The notes: a model not told the origin generated them from the letters alone. Counted from the stretch's first letter, positions 18,617-28,632 are shown. The stretch is DNA of 64,000 nucleotides from an uncultured Ignavibacteriaceae bacterium (GCA_964531325.1 CAZHCW010000018.1:11785-75784), one strand, 5' to 3'. Numbers and translations are program-made.

Positions 18617-20098
18617 TTAAAAATCTACCGGAGTATCATTAATCTCCCGTGCAGCAGTTGGAGCCTCTTTACTCGATTCAGGTCTAAACATCGCCATTAT
18701 TCCATATCTTTGTTCATCAAGGGCATGATCTGAAATTGAAGGGTCGTTCCCCTTTCCTTTTATATCCTCAGGGTCTTTTGTATCGTAGGTAACCGACATC
18801 ATTTCTGCAAGAAGAGGTTCATTTAATCCTTCAAAAATGAAGTATTTGGGTGGTTTTCCCTCCGAAGGAAATAAACTTTTCCATCCCCACCAGCCTGTTT
18901 TGCGGGAATTGTAGGCGGGACTTAAAAACAACCCCTCCACTTCAAAAACATCAGCAAATGTGTTTTCGTGGGCAATTACCGAAAATCTTTCCTTTTTTGC
19001 AAACGCATCAGTACCCGAAACGATAATCGAAGGTTTTCTGCCCCCTAACAATTTTCCTGTAACCGAATCCGGTTTTAACATCTCACTAATTGCCCGGGCA
19101 TGATCAACGGGTGTCCTCTGTTTTTCATAATATGTAAAAACCCTGTAATAGATTCCATTGTGGTCTCTGGCGGTTACACCAAAAGAACATGGAGAACTGA
19201 ATCCCGGATCGATGCTCCCTGTTAATGTCCAATCGGGTGGAATGGTAAAAGGTGGAATCACTTGTTGAAGTCTGTCAAAGTTTTTAAAGAACATCCCGCC
19301 AAAAACCTCCCAATCGCCATAAAGGTAAGCTAATCGTAATTCATTGGGAAGGGATTTTAGGTTCGCCGCATAAGTGCTTTTATCGATACAATATTCTCTT
19401 CTCTCCTCCTCACTCCATTTATTGTAATATGTGTCGGCAGAAATACCATCTTTTTTTAAGTGTTTTAATGACCAGAAAATATTATCCCATAAATATGATT
19501 GAATAAAATGAAATTGTGCGGGGTCTTCGTGTTTTTCAAATTTCCGATCTATAAAAAGTCGTTTAAGATATGAATGAGACACTCCACCCGGATTCATGGT
19601 TAAAATCATCTTGGGTGTGAATCCCGGTTTTACGGATCGATTGGAAGTTTTCAGAAACTGTATCTGATGAGGAGTACAATGTGAAGCTTCATCAATAAAT
19701 ACCAGATCAAACTCAAAACCCTGGAAAGAATAGATATCACTTTCACTGTCTGCGTATCCAAACTGAACTATGGGAGTGCCATCGGGAGCATACAATATTT
19801 TTTCTGATTTATTGTAATGCTCCATAATCTTTGGGTGGTTTTCATACAGAGGAAGTATGTGGTTCTTCAACAACTCTTTTGAATACCGTCTGAATATTAA
19901 AGATTTATAAGCAAACTCCGGCGAGAGTCCCAGAAGCACAGCAATCTCCCTGATGGCATGACTTTTTGCTCCACCTCGTGCTCCTCCATATCCAATCCAT
20001 GAATAACTGCTCCCCGTAATCAATTCTTTCAGCAGAAGTTGTTTTGGAAGCAGACTAAATTTTTCAATTTTAACAGGAGATTTTTTCCTGATAGTCAC
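18617..20098 (-). CDS. terL: Phage terminase large subunit (ATPase plus nuclease), apparently intact
   Basis: 493 aa. Walker A YGGARGGAKSH, Walker B DLVFIDEASH, nuclease-domain motifs SIDPGFSSP and SDHALDEQRYG. Confidence 0.85.
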   Translation of the reverse strand: MTIRKKSPVKIEKFSLLPKQLLLKELITGSSYSWIGYGGARGGAKSHAIREIAVLLGLSPEFAYKSLIFRRYSKELLKNHILPLYENHPKIMEHYNKSEKILYAPDGTPIVQFGYADSESDIYSFQGFEFDLVFIDEASHCTPHQIQFLKTSNRSVKPGFTPKMILTMNPGGVSHSYLKRLFIDRKFEKHEDPAQFHFIQSYLWDNIFWSLKHLKKDGISADTYYNKWSEEERREYCIDKSTYAANLKSLPNELRLAYLYGDWEVFGGMFFKNFDRLQQVIPPFTIPPDWTLTGSIDPGFSSPCSFGVTARDHNGIYYRVFTYYEKQRTPVDHARAISEMLKPDSVTGKLLGGRKPSIIVSGTDAFAKKERFSVIAHENTFADVFEVEGLFLSPAYNSRKTGWWGWKSLFPSEGKPPKYFIFEGLNEPLLAEMMSVTYDTKDPEDIKGKGNDPSISDHALDEQRYGIMAMFRPESSKEAPTAAREINDTPVDF

Positions 20099-20328
20099 AC
20101 CGGAAATCCTTTATCCCTTGTAAGGTCCACCACTTCGATTCTTAGAGCACTCCCCTGGTCAGAATCTTTAAGTCCTCCGGGTGGAAACACCTTGTCAATC
20201 AATATCTTTGCGGCGGCTATCCTGTGTGTAAGACTACCCCCTTTTTCTTCTCCCTCTCGAACCTTTATCAGAAACTCAATCGATTTGATCGCTTCTTTGT
20301 TTAAAAGCTCTATTCCCTCACTTTTCAT
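20095..20328 (-). CDS. Small protein upstream of terL, possibly a terminase small subunit or DNA-binding protein
   Basis: The ATG at 20328 gives MKSEGIELLNKEAIKSIEFLIKVREGEEKGGSLTHRIAAAKILIDKV.... Its stop overlaps the terL start by 4 nt. The longer 101-aa track ORF would read through a terminator hairpin. Confidence 0.4.
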   Translation of the reverse strand: MKSEGIELLNKEAIKSIEFLIKVREGEEKGGSLTHRIAAAKILIDKVFPPGGLKDSDQGSALRIEVVDLTRDKGFPV

Positions 20329-20358
20329 ACCACCCCAATTTTTTATATCTACAAATAT

Positions 20359-20394
20359 AAAAAAAAGGGGCTCCCATATCAAGATGCCCCTTTT
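20359..20394 (-). terminator. Intrinsic terminator, bidirectional hairpin (GGGGC-N14-GCCCC)
   Basis: The minus strand reads GGGGCatcttgatatgggaGCCCC followed by T8. The plus strand has TTTT after the hairpin. It lies only ~30 nt upstream of the small-subunit ATG. Confidence 0.6.
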
Positions 20395-20544
20395 ACACAA
20401 CTATTTGTTTAATCGTTTTAGCATAGTACAGGAGTTGGTACTTTGGAAAATTCGTTGGAGAAATGAGAATGCTTAGCCTTTTAGAATAAGAACTAATGAG
20501 GTAGAGTAAGGGTTATAATCCGAAAATTTAGTGCTCAAAACAAG

Positions 20545-20571
20545 AAAAAGACTGCCCCTTTCGAGACAGCC
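20545..20571 (-). terminator. Intrinsic terminator with GAAA tetraloop
   Basis: The minus strand reads GGCTGTCTC-GAAA-GGGGCAGTC followed by TTTTT. The sequence is nearly identical to the terminator at 51023..51050. Confidence 0.7.
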
Positions 20572-20586
20572 TTAATTTGCTCTGAG

Positions 20587-20675
20587 TGTGTGGCATCAAT
20601 TGCCACGAATATATATCCCGCTCTGCGGGAATTGGCTGGGGTGATGTGTCAACGAACGCTAACATATAATTTATT
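20587..20675 (+). repeat. Repeat family B (~54-bp unit containing a CCCGC-TCT-GCGGG hairpin)
   Basis: gtgtgtggcatcaattgccacgaatatatatcccgctctgcgggaattgg is followed by a degenerate second unit. Two further units lie at 57227..57324. Confidence 0.8.
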
Positions 20676-20760
20676 AAACAAATTGATGTTTTTTACAACC
20701 TCGATTAAGACTATATTTCTGCTGAAATGATATTTACACTTAAAAATGTTGCCATTAATT

Positions 20761-22863
20761 TTAAGCTAACTCTTTGACCTCCACCTCAAATTTCTCTTCT
20801 CTTAATTTTTTATCGGCAGAGTACAATGAAACCGTAAAAATCTGTTTTCCGAATTGTGTGGATTCGGGGATGTGAATTTTGTTAAAATAATCCTGTCCAA
20901 AATGTGAATTGGAATTACATCCAATTTCAAAGTTTTCGATATTTACGAGTTTTTTATCGCCCAGCAACACTTCAATTCTACAATCTTTGTAATCCTCATA
21001 CTTGTCGTTGATTACCCATATCTCAAAATTTAACATACTTCCGTGGTAATATTTATCCTGTCGTAAAAATACTGAAAGCAGAAGTGGATCAAATCCTGTT
21101 TTAACTGATTCATATCCCTTTTTGGGTACACCAAAATAGTCAACTACTGACCATGTAATCGATTGCCAACAATCCATAAAAAAGAACTGAAAGGCTCCGG
21201 TGATTCCTTTTCCTTTTCTTCTCCTGTACTGATGAATCGCAAATTTAAGCAGTTTTGCCTGGTAATTTTGTGAATTTTCAACAAATTCTGCGAGACTTTC
21301 CCCGGGTTCCACTCCTGCAATGTTAAAAGTCTGATCAGGTTGAAAATTATGGTAGTGCCACTCGGCATAATCATAAGGGGGTTCCACTGAGTTAAGAAAA
21401 CGGTGGAGTGATTCAACACTCGGTAGCCCCTGTGCTCCAAATTCTGTTACAAGTGGACCCATCGGCGCCCCGGCATAGTGCTCCATGGTTCCCCAATACC
21501 AGCCATCGTATGGATGCTCTTCATAATTTGATGCTCTGCGTATGATTCTTAATGAATCTTCCTCTTTAACAGCTTTTTCAAGATGAATATCAAGTGTTTC
21601 CACCTGTTCACCGGGTTCATTTTGGCAACACCAAAAAACTATTGAGGGATGGTTATAAAAAGAATTTACCATCTCCTTTATTTGTTTAATCGCATTTGAT
21701 GCAAATTCGGGTGATTCGTCGTAAGTCCACTGTAGAGGGAAATCCTGCCAAATCAATATACCGGCTTTGTCGCAGGCTTCATAAAATTCTTTGCGGGTGA
21801 TATGTGCGTGAACCCTGACAATGTTCACATTGGCATTTTTAAGCAGAGCCACCATCCCTTCAATCCTTTCTACCGAAAGAGAAGAAAGCAGTTGTTCAGG
21901 AATTACATTTGTACCCCGAAGGAACAATTCCTTGCCATTAATAAAAAACCTTTTGTTTTGATCCAGTTCCACTCTTCTGATTCCAAATCGTTCTCTGTAT
22001 ATCTCTTCTCCACCATAATAGAGCACCACTTTATGTAACTTTTGTTCACCCAAATCCCAGGGGTACCAAAGTTGTGGATTGGATATCTTGGTAATCAGAG
22101 AAATTTTATTCACTCCATGCGAAAAAACAGGATTTCGTTTAATGACTGTCTCTTCTCCATCGGGCGTCACAATCACAGCTTTTAATTCCTCTTTTTTGGC
22201 TTCACCCTCAGCCGCAAGAAGTTTTAGTTTTATGTTTAGTCCACATTCTGTGTCATTGTAAAATTCATAACTGACCTTCACTCTCGCCGGCACAACACCG
22301 TTGGTAATAATCAGCGTAACAGAATTCCATATCCCCCCTGTGTTGGCGCTCTGCCCCAGTTTCATATCCCAACCGCCGGGTCTGCAATCATGGTGATTTA
22401 GAACTCCCTTGATCAACTTCTTTTTAAGGGGCCAAACCTCTCCCGGTTCCTCCAATGGTGAAGTCACTCTCACAAGCAGTTTGTTCTCACCGATATGGAT
22501 ATTACTACCCGGCAACTCTATAAAAAAGCCGCCAAAATATCCTTCATGCCTGCCACAAAACTTTCCATTCAGGTAAACTTCACAAAAATAATCCACACCT
22601 TCAAATCTTAAAAAAGCAGAGGTTGATGGAGATATTTCATCAATTTCGATGTCCCGGCTGTACCACACAGTCCCGTTAAAATTTTTGAGTCCATGCAGTT
22701 CCCAGTTTGAAGGAAGTTCTGCTTCAGAAATGTTGGTACCTGAGAAAAACGAGGATGAAGCCTGGGCAACATCCATTTTTGAGTTTGGATCGGGCAAATA
22801 ACCCCATCTGCCATTTAAATCAATTTTTTTCATTAGAATCTTTTCCTTATTTCTCGAATCCAA
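20761..22863 (-). CDS. Glycoside hydrolase family 2 protein (beta-mannosidase/beta-galactosidase-like)
   Basis: 700 aa. GH2 sugar-binding N-terminal domain (WEL...FNGTVWYSR...FEGVDYFCEVYLNG). TIM-barrel motifs NIVRVHAH and FWCCQNEPG (NEP acid/base). Confidence 0.82.
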   Translation of the reverse strand: MDSRNKEKILMKKIDLNGRWGYLPDPNSKMDVAQASSSFFSGTNISEAELPSNWELHGLKNFNGTVWYSRDIEIDEISPSTSAFLRFEGVDYFCEVYLNGKFCGRHEGYFGGFFIELPGSNIHIGENKLLVRVTSPLEEPGEVWPLKKKLIKGVLNHHDCRPGGWDMKLGQSANTGGIWNSVTLIITNGVVPARVKVSYEFYNDTECGLNIKLKLLAAEGEAKKEELKAVIVTPDGEETVIKRNPVFSHGVNKISLITKISNPQLWYPWDLGEQKLHKVVLYYGGEEIYRERFGIRRVELDQNKRFFINGKELFLRGTNVIPEQLLSSLSVERIEGMVALLKNANVNIVRVHAHITRKEFYEACDKAGILIWQDFPLQWTYDESPEFASNAIKQIKEMVNSFYNHPSIVFWCCQNEPGEQVETLDIHLEKAVKEEDSLRIIRRASNYEEHPYDGWYWGTMEHYAGAPMGPLVTEFGAQGLPSVESLHRFLNSVEPPYDYAEWHYHNFQPDQTFNIAGVEPGESLAEFVENSQNYQAKLLKFAIHQYRRRKGKGITGAFQFFFMDCWQSITWSVVDYFGVPKKGYESVKTGFDPLLLSVFLRQDKYYHGSMLNFEIWVINDKYEDYKDCRIEVLLGDKKLVNIENFEIGCNSNSHFGQDYFNKIHIPESTQFGKQIFTVSLYSADKKLREEKFEVEVKELA

Positions 22864-24223
22864 GTCGTTGAAGTCCGTTTATAATCAATTTATCTTTCAT
22901 AAAATATTTCCAGACAAAATTGTTTTTGTAGTTTTCGATCATCAAAACAATGGGTCCTTGATCGATCCCAATTCTGTCGCTTGCTGTCCAGCCCGCTGTG
23001 GGATTAAATGAATCCTGGAATCCATATTTGGTCCAGAGCCCTGCTTCCCCATATTTATACTTTAAATTCATAAGAGTTGGAATGGCTATTTCGGGTGCAA
23101 AAGGAATTGATCCACCGGCAGCAGTTGGAGCAATTGTTCCATCTTCATTCCAATTATCCCCTTTTTTTGCAAAACCTCTTGCAGAGTAGTCAAGAAATTT
23201 ATAACCATCTTTGTTAAATTTTTCACCGGGACCATCACATGCCGAAAATCCCCAGGTAAATTCATCGTAACCGACCCATTTTTTTGGATTTTCCATTGCA
23301 TAAAACTGCTGTGTATAAGTTGCTCTGCGGGTGTTTTCCCAATAGTCGATTCCTTTTTCGCGAAGTTTTATATCATATATCCCTCTAAAATCGACAAACA
23401 TGTGCGAATAATGATGGCCAAACAATGGAGGAAAAATATAATGATCAAGTCCCGGGTAAGGCGCGTGCCATTCATAATCCCTCAACCAGCGGTCATAGAT
23501 TTTAACATGATCTTTGGAGTTGGCTCCTGCTGCCATAAGAAAAATCACAATTGCTTCATTATATCCCCACCAGCAATGATCTATCTGTCCCGTTTCAGGA
23601 TGCCACCCCATGCTCAGTCCGTTATAATATTTACTATTCGGATTGTTAATGGTAAAAAAGTCCCAGTCAGCCCTGTCCAAAATCTTTGTGATCCCGTCCC
23701 TGATTGCAGTATGAGTTGGATTATTGTCCGTATAATAGTTTCGTGCAAATATGAGACCGGCAAACAAGAGTCCGGAATCAATTGTGGAGAGTTCAGATTT
23801 CCACTCCCTCTTACCCGTTTTCATATCAAGGAAATGGTAGTAAAAACCTTTATACCCCGTTGCATCAGCCGCTGCACTTTGTTCACTGTTCAGGAGGAAG
23901 TTAACAAGATTTAAAGTGGTTTTTTCTGCAAACTCTTTTGTGATCCAACCTTTTTCTGCACCGAGTGCCCAGATGGGAACTGCAAATCCCGTGGATGCCA
24001 TACTCGCAGGTGCCCAATCGGCTGATCTGTCTTTAACCAGTCCATTTTCCGGATTCAACTCTTCAATAAAAAACAGAAAAGTTTGTTTTTGCAAAGAATC
24101 GAGAAAATTTTTCTGCTGAACGGGTATATCAGTGTATTTTACATATTTATCCGGTTCATACATCTGAGCCACGGAACAGCCACAAAACAGAAGCGTAATT
24201 GATAAAAGAAAAAGTTGTTTCAT
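22847..24223 (-). CDS. GH144-like ('glucoamylase family') lipoprotein, putative endo-beta-1,2-glucanase family member
   Basis: Lipobox LLFCGC. (alpha/alpha)6-type motifs SMASTGFAV and STIDSGLLFAGL. The C-terminal GIDQGPIVLMIENYKNNFVWKYFMK parallels AIDQGPILAMIENYRTGLLWNNFMK in the 37579 protein. The family call comes from memory of annotated homologs. Confidence 0.65.
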   Translation of the reverse strand: MKQLFLLSITLLFCGCSVAQMYEPDKYVKYTDIPVQQKNFLDSLQKQTFLFFIEELNPENGLVKDRSADWAPASMASTGFAVPIWALGAEKGWITKEFAEKTTLNLVNFLLNSEQSAAADATGYKGFYYHFLDMKTGKREWKSELSTIDSGLLFAGLIFARNYYTDNNPTHTAIRDGITKILDRADWDFFTINNPNSKYYNGLSMGWHPETGQIDHCWWGYNEAIVIFLMAAGANSKDHVKIYDRWLRDYEWHAPYPGLDHYIFPPLFGHHYSHMFVDFRGIYDIKLREKGIDYWENTRRATYTQQFYAMENPKKWVGYDEFTWGFSACDGPGEKFNKDGYKFLDYSARGFAKKGDNWNEDGTIAPTAAGGSIPFAPEIAIPTLMNLKYKYGEAGLWTKYGFQDSFNPTAGWTASDRIGIDQGPIVLMIENYKNNFVWKYFMKDKLIINGLQRLGFEK

Positions 24224-24278
24224 GTAAATCTCATGTGTGTTAAACTATTTTAATTCAATGCCGGAGTTGCAATAATTG

Positions 24279-24310
24279 AAAAAAAACCGCCGGAATAAAG
24301 TCCGGCGGTT
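24279..24310 (-). terminator. Strong intrinsic terminator ending the TonB receptor-to-PorV-like operon
   Basis: AACCGCCGGA-ataaag-TCCGGCGGTT forms a perfect 10-bp stem. The minus strand follows it with T8. Confidence 0.85.
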
Positions 24311-24332
24311 CAGGAATATTAACCAATCAGTA

Positions 24333-25349
24333 TCAGAATCCGATACCAAAAGTGAAACGGTGTGCCTGATCAAGCCTGCCATAGTCTGCCCAGGCATAAT
24401 CGAACCGGATAACATAACCACCCGAGATGGAGGCTTTAACTCCACCACCAAGAACGGCTCCCCCCTCGAGGTCTTCGAGGAAAAGGTTTCTGTATCCACC
24501 TCTCACATAAAATATATCCAGGAGTTGAAACTCACCACCCAGACTTATACTCTCTTTATTGTCATTGGGATGGAAAGCATCCGCTGTAAGAATGAGTTTA
24601 TAATCCTTTGAAAATCTCACAGGATATGACATTCCCACTCTGAATGCTGTTGGGAGACCCCATTCATCCATTCTGAGTTGTGCCGGAAGTTGATCGTTGT
24701 CACCATATTTTTTGGGATCAAAATCAAAATTAACATAAGCATCTCTTCCCTCATACTTTGCCCGGGGACCAAAGTTCATAAGGGCTGCGCCTATTGTTAA
24801 TCCGTCCACTTCAACCTGATATTGAACACCAATATTCAGAGCAAAGCCCGTAAGACTTGAGTGCCAAATTGATTCCTGGAAATAAGTCATCTGCAATCCA
24901 ACAGAAACTCTATCAGTGAGCATCAAACCATAACCGAGACCAAGAGCAAAATTAGTAACACTAAATCTCTCACCCGTTCCGAGGGGTTGTTCAACTGTTC
25001 TTACATCCATTTCTCCGGAGTTGAGGGAGGTCATCTGAATTGCCAGAGTACCAATTCCCTGAAGTGGAACACCCACAACAGCATAATTGTAGTTGATATC
25101 AGCCAGCCACTTGTTATAAGTAAACTGCGCATCTATCTTCTCAAGTCTGCCGAGTGATGCCGGATTATAATAGAGAGAAGTAGCTTCACCATAAAGTGAG
25201 GTACCTGCATTTCCCAATGCTGCCGCTCTTGCACTTGGTTCAATTTTCAGAAATTGTGCAATTGTTGTGCCTGCCTTGCTCTGAGCAAAGAGGACAGAAA
25301 CAGGAGCCAACAGAACAAAAACCATCACTACATATATTGATCTTTTCAT
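24333..25349 (-). CDS. PorV/PorQ-family T9SS-associated outer-membrane beta-barrel
   Basis: 338 aa with a signal peptide. The N-terminal KAGTTIAQFLKIEPSARAAALGNAGTSLYGEATSLYYNPASLG matches the signature I associate with PorV/PorQ-family proteins. It ends with an aromatic residue (GIGF). Confidence 0.7.
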   Translation of the reverse strand: MKRSIYVVMVFVLLAPVSVLFAQSKAGTTIAQFLKIEPSARAAALGNAGTSLYGEATSLYYNPASLGRLEKIDAQFTYNKWLADINYNYAVVGVPLQGIGTLAIQMTSLNSGEMDVRTVEQPLGTGERFSVTNFALGLGYGLMLTDRVSVGLQMTYFQESIWHSSLTGFALNIGVQYQVEVDGLTIGAALMNFGPRAKYEGRDAYVNFDFDPKKYGDNDQLPAQLRMDEWGLPTAFRVGMSYPVRFSKDYKLILTADAFHPNDNKESISLGGEFQLLDIFYVRGGYRNLFLEDLEGGAVLGGGVKASISGGYVIRFDYAWADYGRLDQAHRFTFGIGF

Positions 25350-25360
25350 TTTTTTGTCTC

Positions 25361-28300
25361 CTACTTCACAATTGCGAATTTACCGATATGAACACCCGCC
25401 GCACCGGCATCTACATGGAAGATATACAAACCGGGAGCAGCCTCAAGATTATCCTTGGTTCTGAGGTCCCACGGGACGAATCCTTCAAGAATGTTTCCGT
25501 CATGTTGAAGGGTTTGCACAAGTTCTCCCGTTATCGTATATATTCTAATCGAACAATTTGGAGGAAGATTCCTGAATTCCAGGCGTCTTTCACCTCTTCC
25601 CTGAACACCAAATCTCTGTGGTTCAAAAGAAGCTGCTCCAACATAAGGATTAGGCACAACATACGGTTTTTTGTTGAATTCACTGTTTGCCAGATTTTGA
25701 TCATATTTTTGTGCAATCGATCTGAAAGTGAATTCATCATCCCGGTTGAATGGTTTGTGGAGGGAAAACCTGTACTCATCTCCAAGAGTTGGAGGTACAA
25801 GTGGTCCCCGTTGCCATTGCCCGGTTGTATCAAGTTTGATATTCCAGGTTGGAATTGCAACATTTGGAGCTTTTGTCTGATATGTTTCGATCTCAATATA
25901 ATCATCGGGTTCGTCAAGTGTTTTTGAGTTGTTTTTATCGTAGAACTTAAAATCATACTCAAGAACAGTGCCGTCAGCTTTAATTCCGGTAACTTTAAAC
26001 ATGGCTTGTTTGGCCTGGAATCCGGGGAATGCTTTTGATGTGTCAAGTACCTGATTACTAAAAACAATTCTTAAGTCTTCAGGATAACCCGGTCTTTTAA
26101 GGTTAACAGGTCGAACCGCACTGTATCTAATGCCCAAAACTGAATTGGTTGAGCTGCCAGAAATAAATCCGGTTTTTGTTGAATCAACTCTAAATGTATC
26201 GATCGTGGAGACAACGGGAAGAAGTCCCAAAGCAGTTGGTCCCGAACCCAATCCTTTAAAATCAGACCCGAGTCTAAAAAGGGTGTCTCCCGTAGTTTCA
26301 TCAACCAATCTGTAAAGTTCAGCTTTTACACTGTCATCCTGACTTATAAACGAAACCTTAAAGAGATGGTTTTCAGGCACTTCTGCCGGATTAACCACCA
26401 ACACTTTCACCTCGCCAAAGCCATTTCCTTTGCTGTGAACAAGGTTCTCGGTTGTTGCAGGTACATATCCCATTGCATTGGGATTGGGAATTACTTCTAC
26501 AACATTTTTCGGAAGAACAGTTCCACCACGAAGAGTTTGTGTGACTGAATATGCATTCTCCGAAGGGAAAAGTTCAAGACTGTCTGATCCTTTATCGTAA
26601 GCAACTACTGCATAATAATATTTTTGACCATTCACCACTGTGGTATCTTTGTAGGTATGTTTTATTCCTGTGTCATCACCAAGATAGTACGCAACACCTT
26701 TAACCGTGGTTTTTGAATATCCCAGAACACCATTTTTTAGATCAAACTGTGCAAGAGCCTTACCAAATGGCATCGGTTCAGTACCCGTTCCACTATATAT
26801 GGTTTTAATGTCATTAAAATTGGGATCGGTGCTTCTGTAAATCTTGTAACCTTCAAAATCGTTTTCGCTGGTTACAGGATCAAAAGCTCTTTCTGAAGCT
26901 TCATCCCATGACAATGTAACGAATCCATCCCCTGCAAACGCAGTGGTGGTTGGTGTTGGAGGTGGAACCGCAAACTGGTAGTTGGCTTTGTAAATTTTTC
27001 CAACTATCTTAACATTGTTTTTAAGCTCACGAAGATCCCTGCCAAACGCAAGAGCAAGGCTGAATCTTTCGGTTTTTCCTGCCGGGAGTTTAAAAGGTCC
27101 TGATGCAAAAAGGAAACCGATATTAAGGTTTGTTCTTGTGATGGCAGCATCAAAAGAAGAGTCAGGACTCGAGAAATTTTTGTATAATCTTTCGGGCCAT
27201 CCTCTTCCATCATCGTAAAACACGATGTTGTCAGTTTGTCCACCACCGGCAGGATCGTTGATTCTGTTAAATTTGAAGCCGGTTAAACCGACCTGATCAG
27301 ATTCATCAACATCCACTTTATCAAATCCGGGTTCACCATTCGTGGGTATCCCATCATTTTCACCGGCATCGTTGGTGCCAAATACACCATCTTCGCCGGT
27401 ATCGTTAAAATCGGCGACCCAATCCATATCCTCATCGCCTGTCCACCAGATACCTCTTTTATAAGCAGGTCTGCTTTCGAGGGGACCATAAGTGGCTTCA
27501 AAATCAGCGATTGCATAATTGGCAGTTGCGTAATTGCGGATGTTATCCTGACCGGTGATCAAGATACCGGGACCACTGTCTCTTTTTTCATCCCTGATGC
27601 CGTCTTTGTCGTTGTCAAGGCCATCATACTGGTTACCCGGGGTTTCAAGATAAGAATATCCGAGGTATCCGGTTGGACCCTTAACACCATTTCCGTAGAA
27701 ATCCCATGTATAAACAAGGTTAATTCCCTCTTCTTTGGTGAAATAAGCGTTATCATCATCAGATTCTGGATAGGGGTCTTTTCCTTTACCGGAACCACCC
27801 ACACCGGAATCCATATAAAGTCCAAAGATTATATTGTCATTATAATCGGTGGTTCCTTCATTTGTAATATCATAATGGAAAAAGAGAACATCAGATGCCT
27901 GGGGATTATTCCACTGGAAACCTCTCTGTTCAATCCTTAGACCAAGCCCTCTGCGGGTACGGTCACGACTGTCGGGATAAAAATCCCATGCATCATAAAA
28001 GTTATCGTCGAGAACAACAAAACTTTCCTGCATTTCGAGTTTAGGAACCTTGCCAAAATAGCCGTTCCATGATCCTGCCCAACCCGGATCGGTAACATCA
28101 TCCATTTTATTTTGCCACTTGTTTGGCCAGGTTCTTGGATCGTTTGATAGAGCCACCGACCTGCCCACATTTATTGTTGGGTCGTCCTGATGATAGCCGG
28201 GCCGGGGTTCATAACGCATCGTTTTACCGGTAAGGGGACTTTGAGTCTGCCTTTCCCTGTAACCCGATTGCATCATATAAGCCACTTTTCCGTTTTCCTG

Positions 28301-28606
28301 CATAATTTTTGCAAGAACAAAAGGAGTGATACCATCTGTATAATTTTCACCCGATCCTTTAGGAATCTCAACCGAATGAAAAACGGTTAAATCAACTTTT
28401 AACGGATCAGGGGGATAATCACCCACCATCCCGTAATTGTAAAAACGGGTACGAATGTTGTTAAAATCGTGCTCACCCATTCTTTCAGCATCTATTCTGC
28501 CTCTTAGTTCGGGGGGCACCTGTGCATACATCAGACCGGGGAAGATGGTGAACAATATCACCAACATCGCGGTTTTAACTCTGATATCAGGTTTTTTAAA
28601 ATTCAT
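25361..28606 (-). CDS. Very large secreted protein with Asp-rich Ca-binding-like repeats and FlgD-Ig-like C-terminal sorting domain
   Basis: The ATG at 28606 follows GGAGG by 7 nt and is preferred over 28630. Signal peptide. DNDKDGIRDEKRD and GEDGVFGTNDAGENDGIPTNGEPG repeats. The C-terminus IRIYTITGELVQTL...PWDLRTKDNLEAAPGLYIFHVDAG...GKFAIVK. Confidence 0.75.
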   Translation of the reverse strand: MNFKKPDIRVKTAMLVILFTIFPGLMYAQVPPELRGRIDAERMGEHDFNNIRTRFYNYGMVGDYPPDPLKVDLTVFHSVEIPKGSGENYTDGITPFVLAKIMQENGKVAYMMQSGYRERQTQSPLTGKTMRYEPRPGYHQDDPTINVGRSVALSNDPRTWPNKWQNKMDDVTDPGWAGSWNGYFGKVPKLEMQESFVVLDDNFYDAWDFYPDSRDRTRRGLGLRIEQRGFQWNNPQASDVLFFHYDITNEGTTDYNDNIIFGLYMDSGVGGSGKGKDPYPESDDDNAYFTKEEGINLVYTWDFYGNGVKGPTGYLGYSYLETPGNQYDGLDNDKDGIRDEKRDSGPGILITGQDNIRNYATANYAIADFEATYGPLESRPAYKRGIWWTGDEDMDWVADFNDTGEDGVFGTNDAGENDGIPTNGEPGFDKVDVDESDQVGLTGFKFNRINDPAGGGQTDNIVFYDDGRGWPERLYKNFSSPDSSFDAAITRTNLNIGFLFASGPFKLPAGKTERFSLALAFGRDLRELKNNVKIVGKIYKANYQFAVPPPTPTTTAFAGDGFVTLSWDEASERAFDPVTSENDFEGYKIYRSTDPNFNDIKTIYSGTGTEPMPFGKALAQFDLKNGVLGYSKTTVKGVAYYLGDDTGIKHTYKDTTVVNGQKYYYAVVAYDKGSDSLELFPSENAYSVTQTLRGGTVLPKNVVEVIPNPNAMGYVPATTENLVHSKGNGFGEVKVLVVNPAEVPENHLFKVSFISQDDSVKAELYRLVDETTGDTLFRLGSDFKGLGSGPTALGLLPVVSTIDTFRVDSTKTGFISGSSTNSVLGIRYSAVRPVNLKRPGYPEDLRIVFSNQVLDTSKAFPGFQAKQAMFKVTGIKADGTVLEYDFKFYDKNNSKTLDEPDDYIEIETYQTKAPNVAIPTWNIKLDTTGQWQRGPLVPPTLGDEYRFSLHKPFNRDDEFTFRSIAQKYDQNLANSEFNKKPYVVPNPYVGAASFEPQRFGVQGRGERRLEFRNLPPNCSIRIYTITGELVQTLQHDGNILEGFVPWDLRTKDNLEAAPGLYIFHVDAGAAGVHIGKFAIVK

Positions 28607-28632
28607 TTTAAGACCTCCACATTTGTGCATGG

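Noticed and set aside
18136-20400. Intact prophage.
   Set aside because: Only a terminase large subunit and a small upstream ORF look phage-like. No integrase, portal, capsid or tail genes are present, and no tRNA attachment site lies nearby. The flanking genes are ordinary chromosomal loci.
20329-20400. Longer 101-aa version of the ORF upstream of terL, and the plus-strand ORF 20039..20476.
   Set aside because: The extension would be translated through the GGGGC...GCCCC terminator hairpin and the poly-A/T tract. The plus-strand ORF is antisense to terL and its upstream ORF and is of low complexity.
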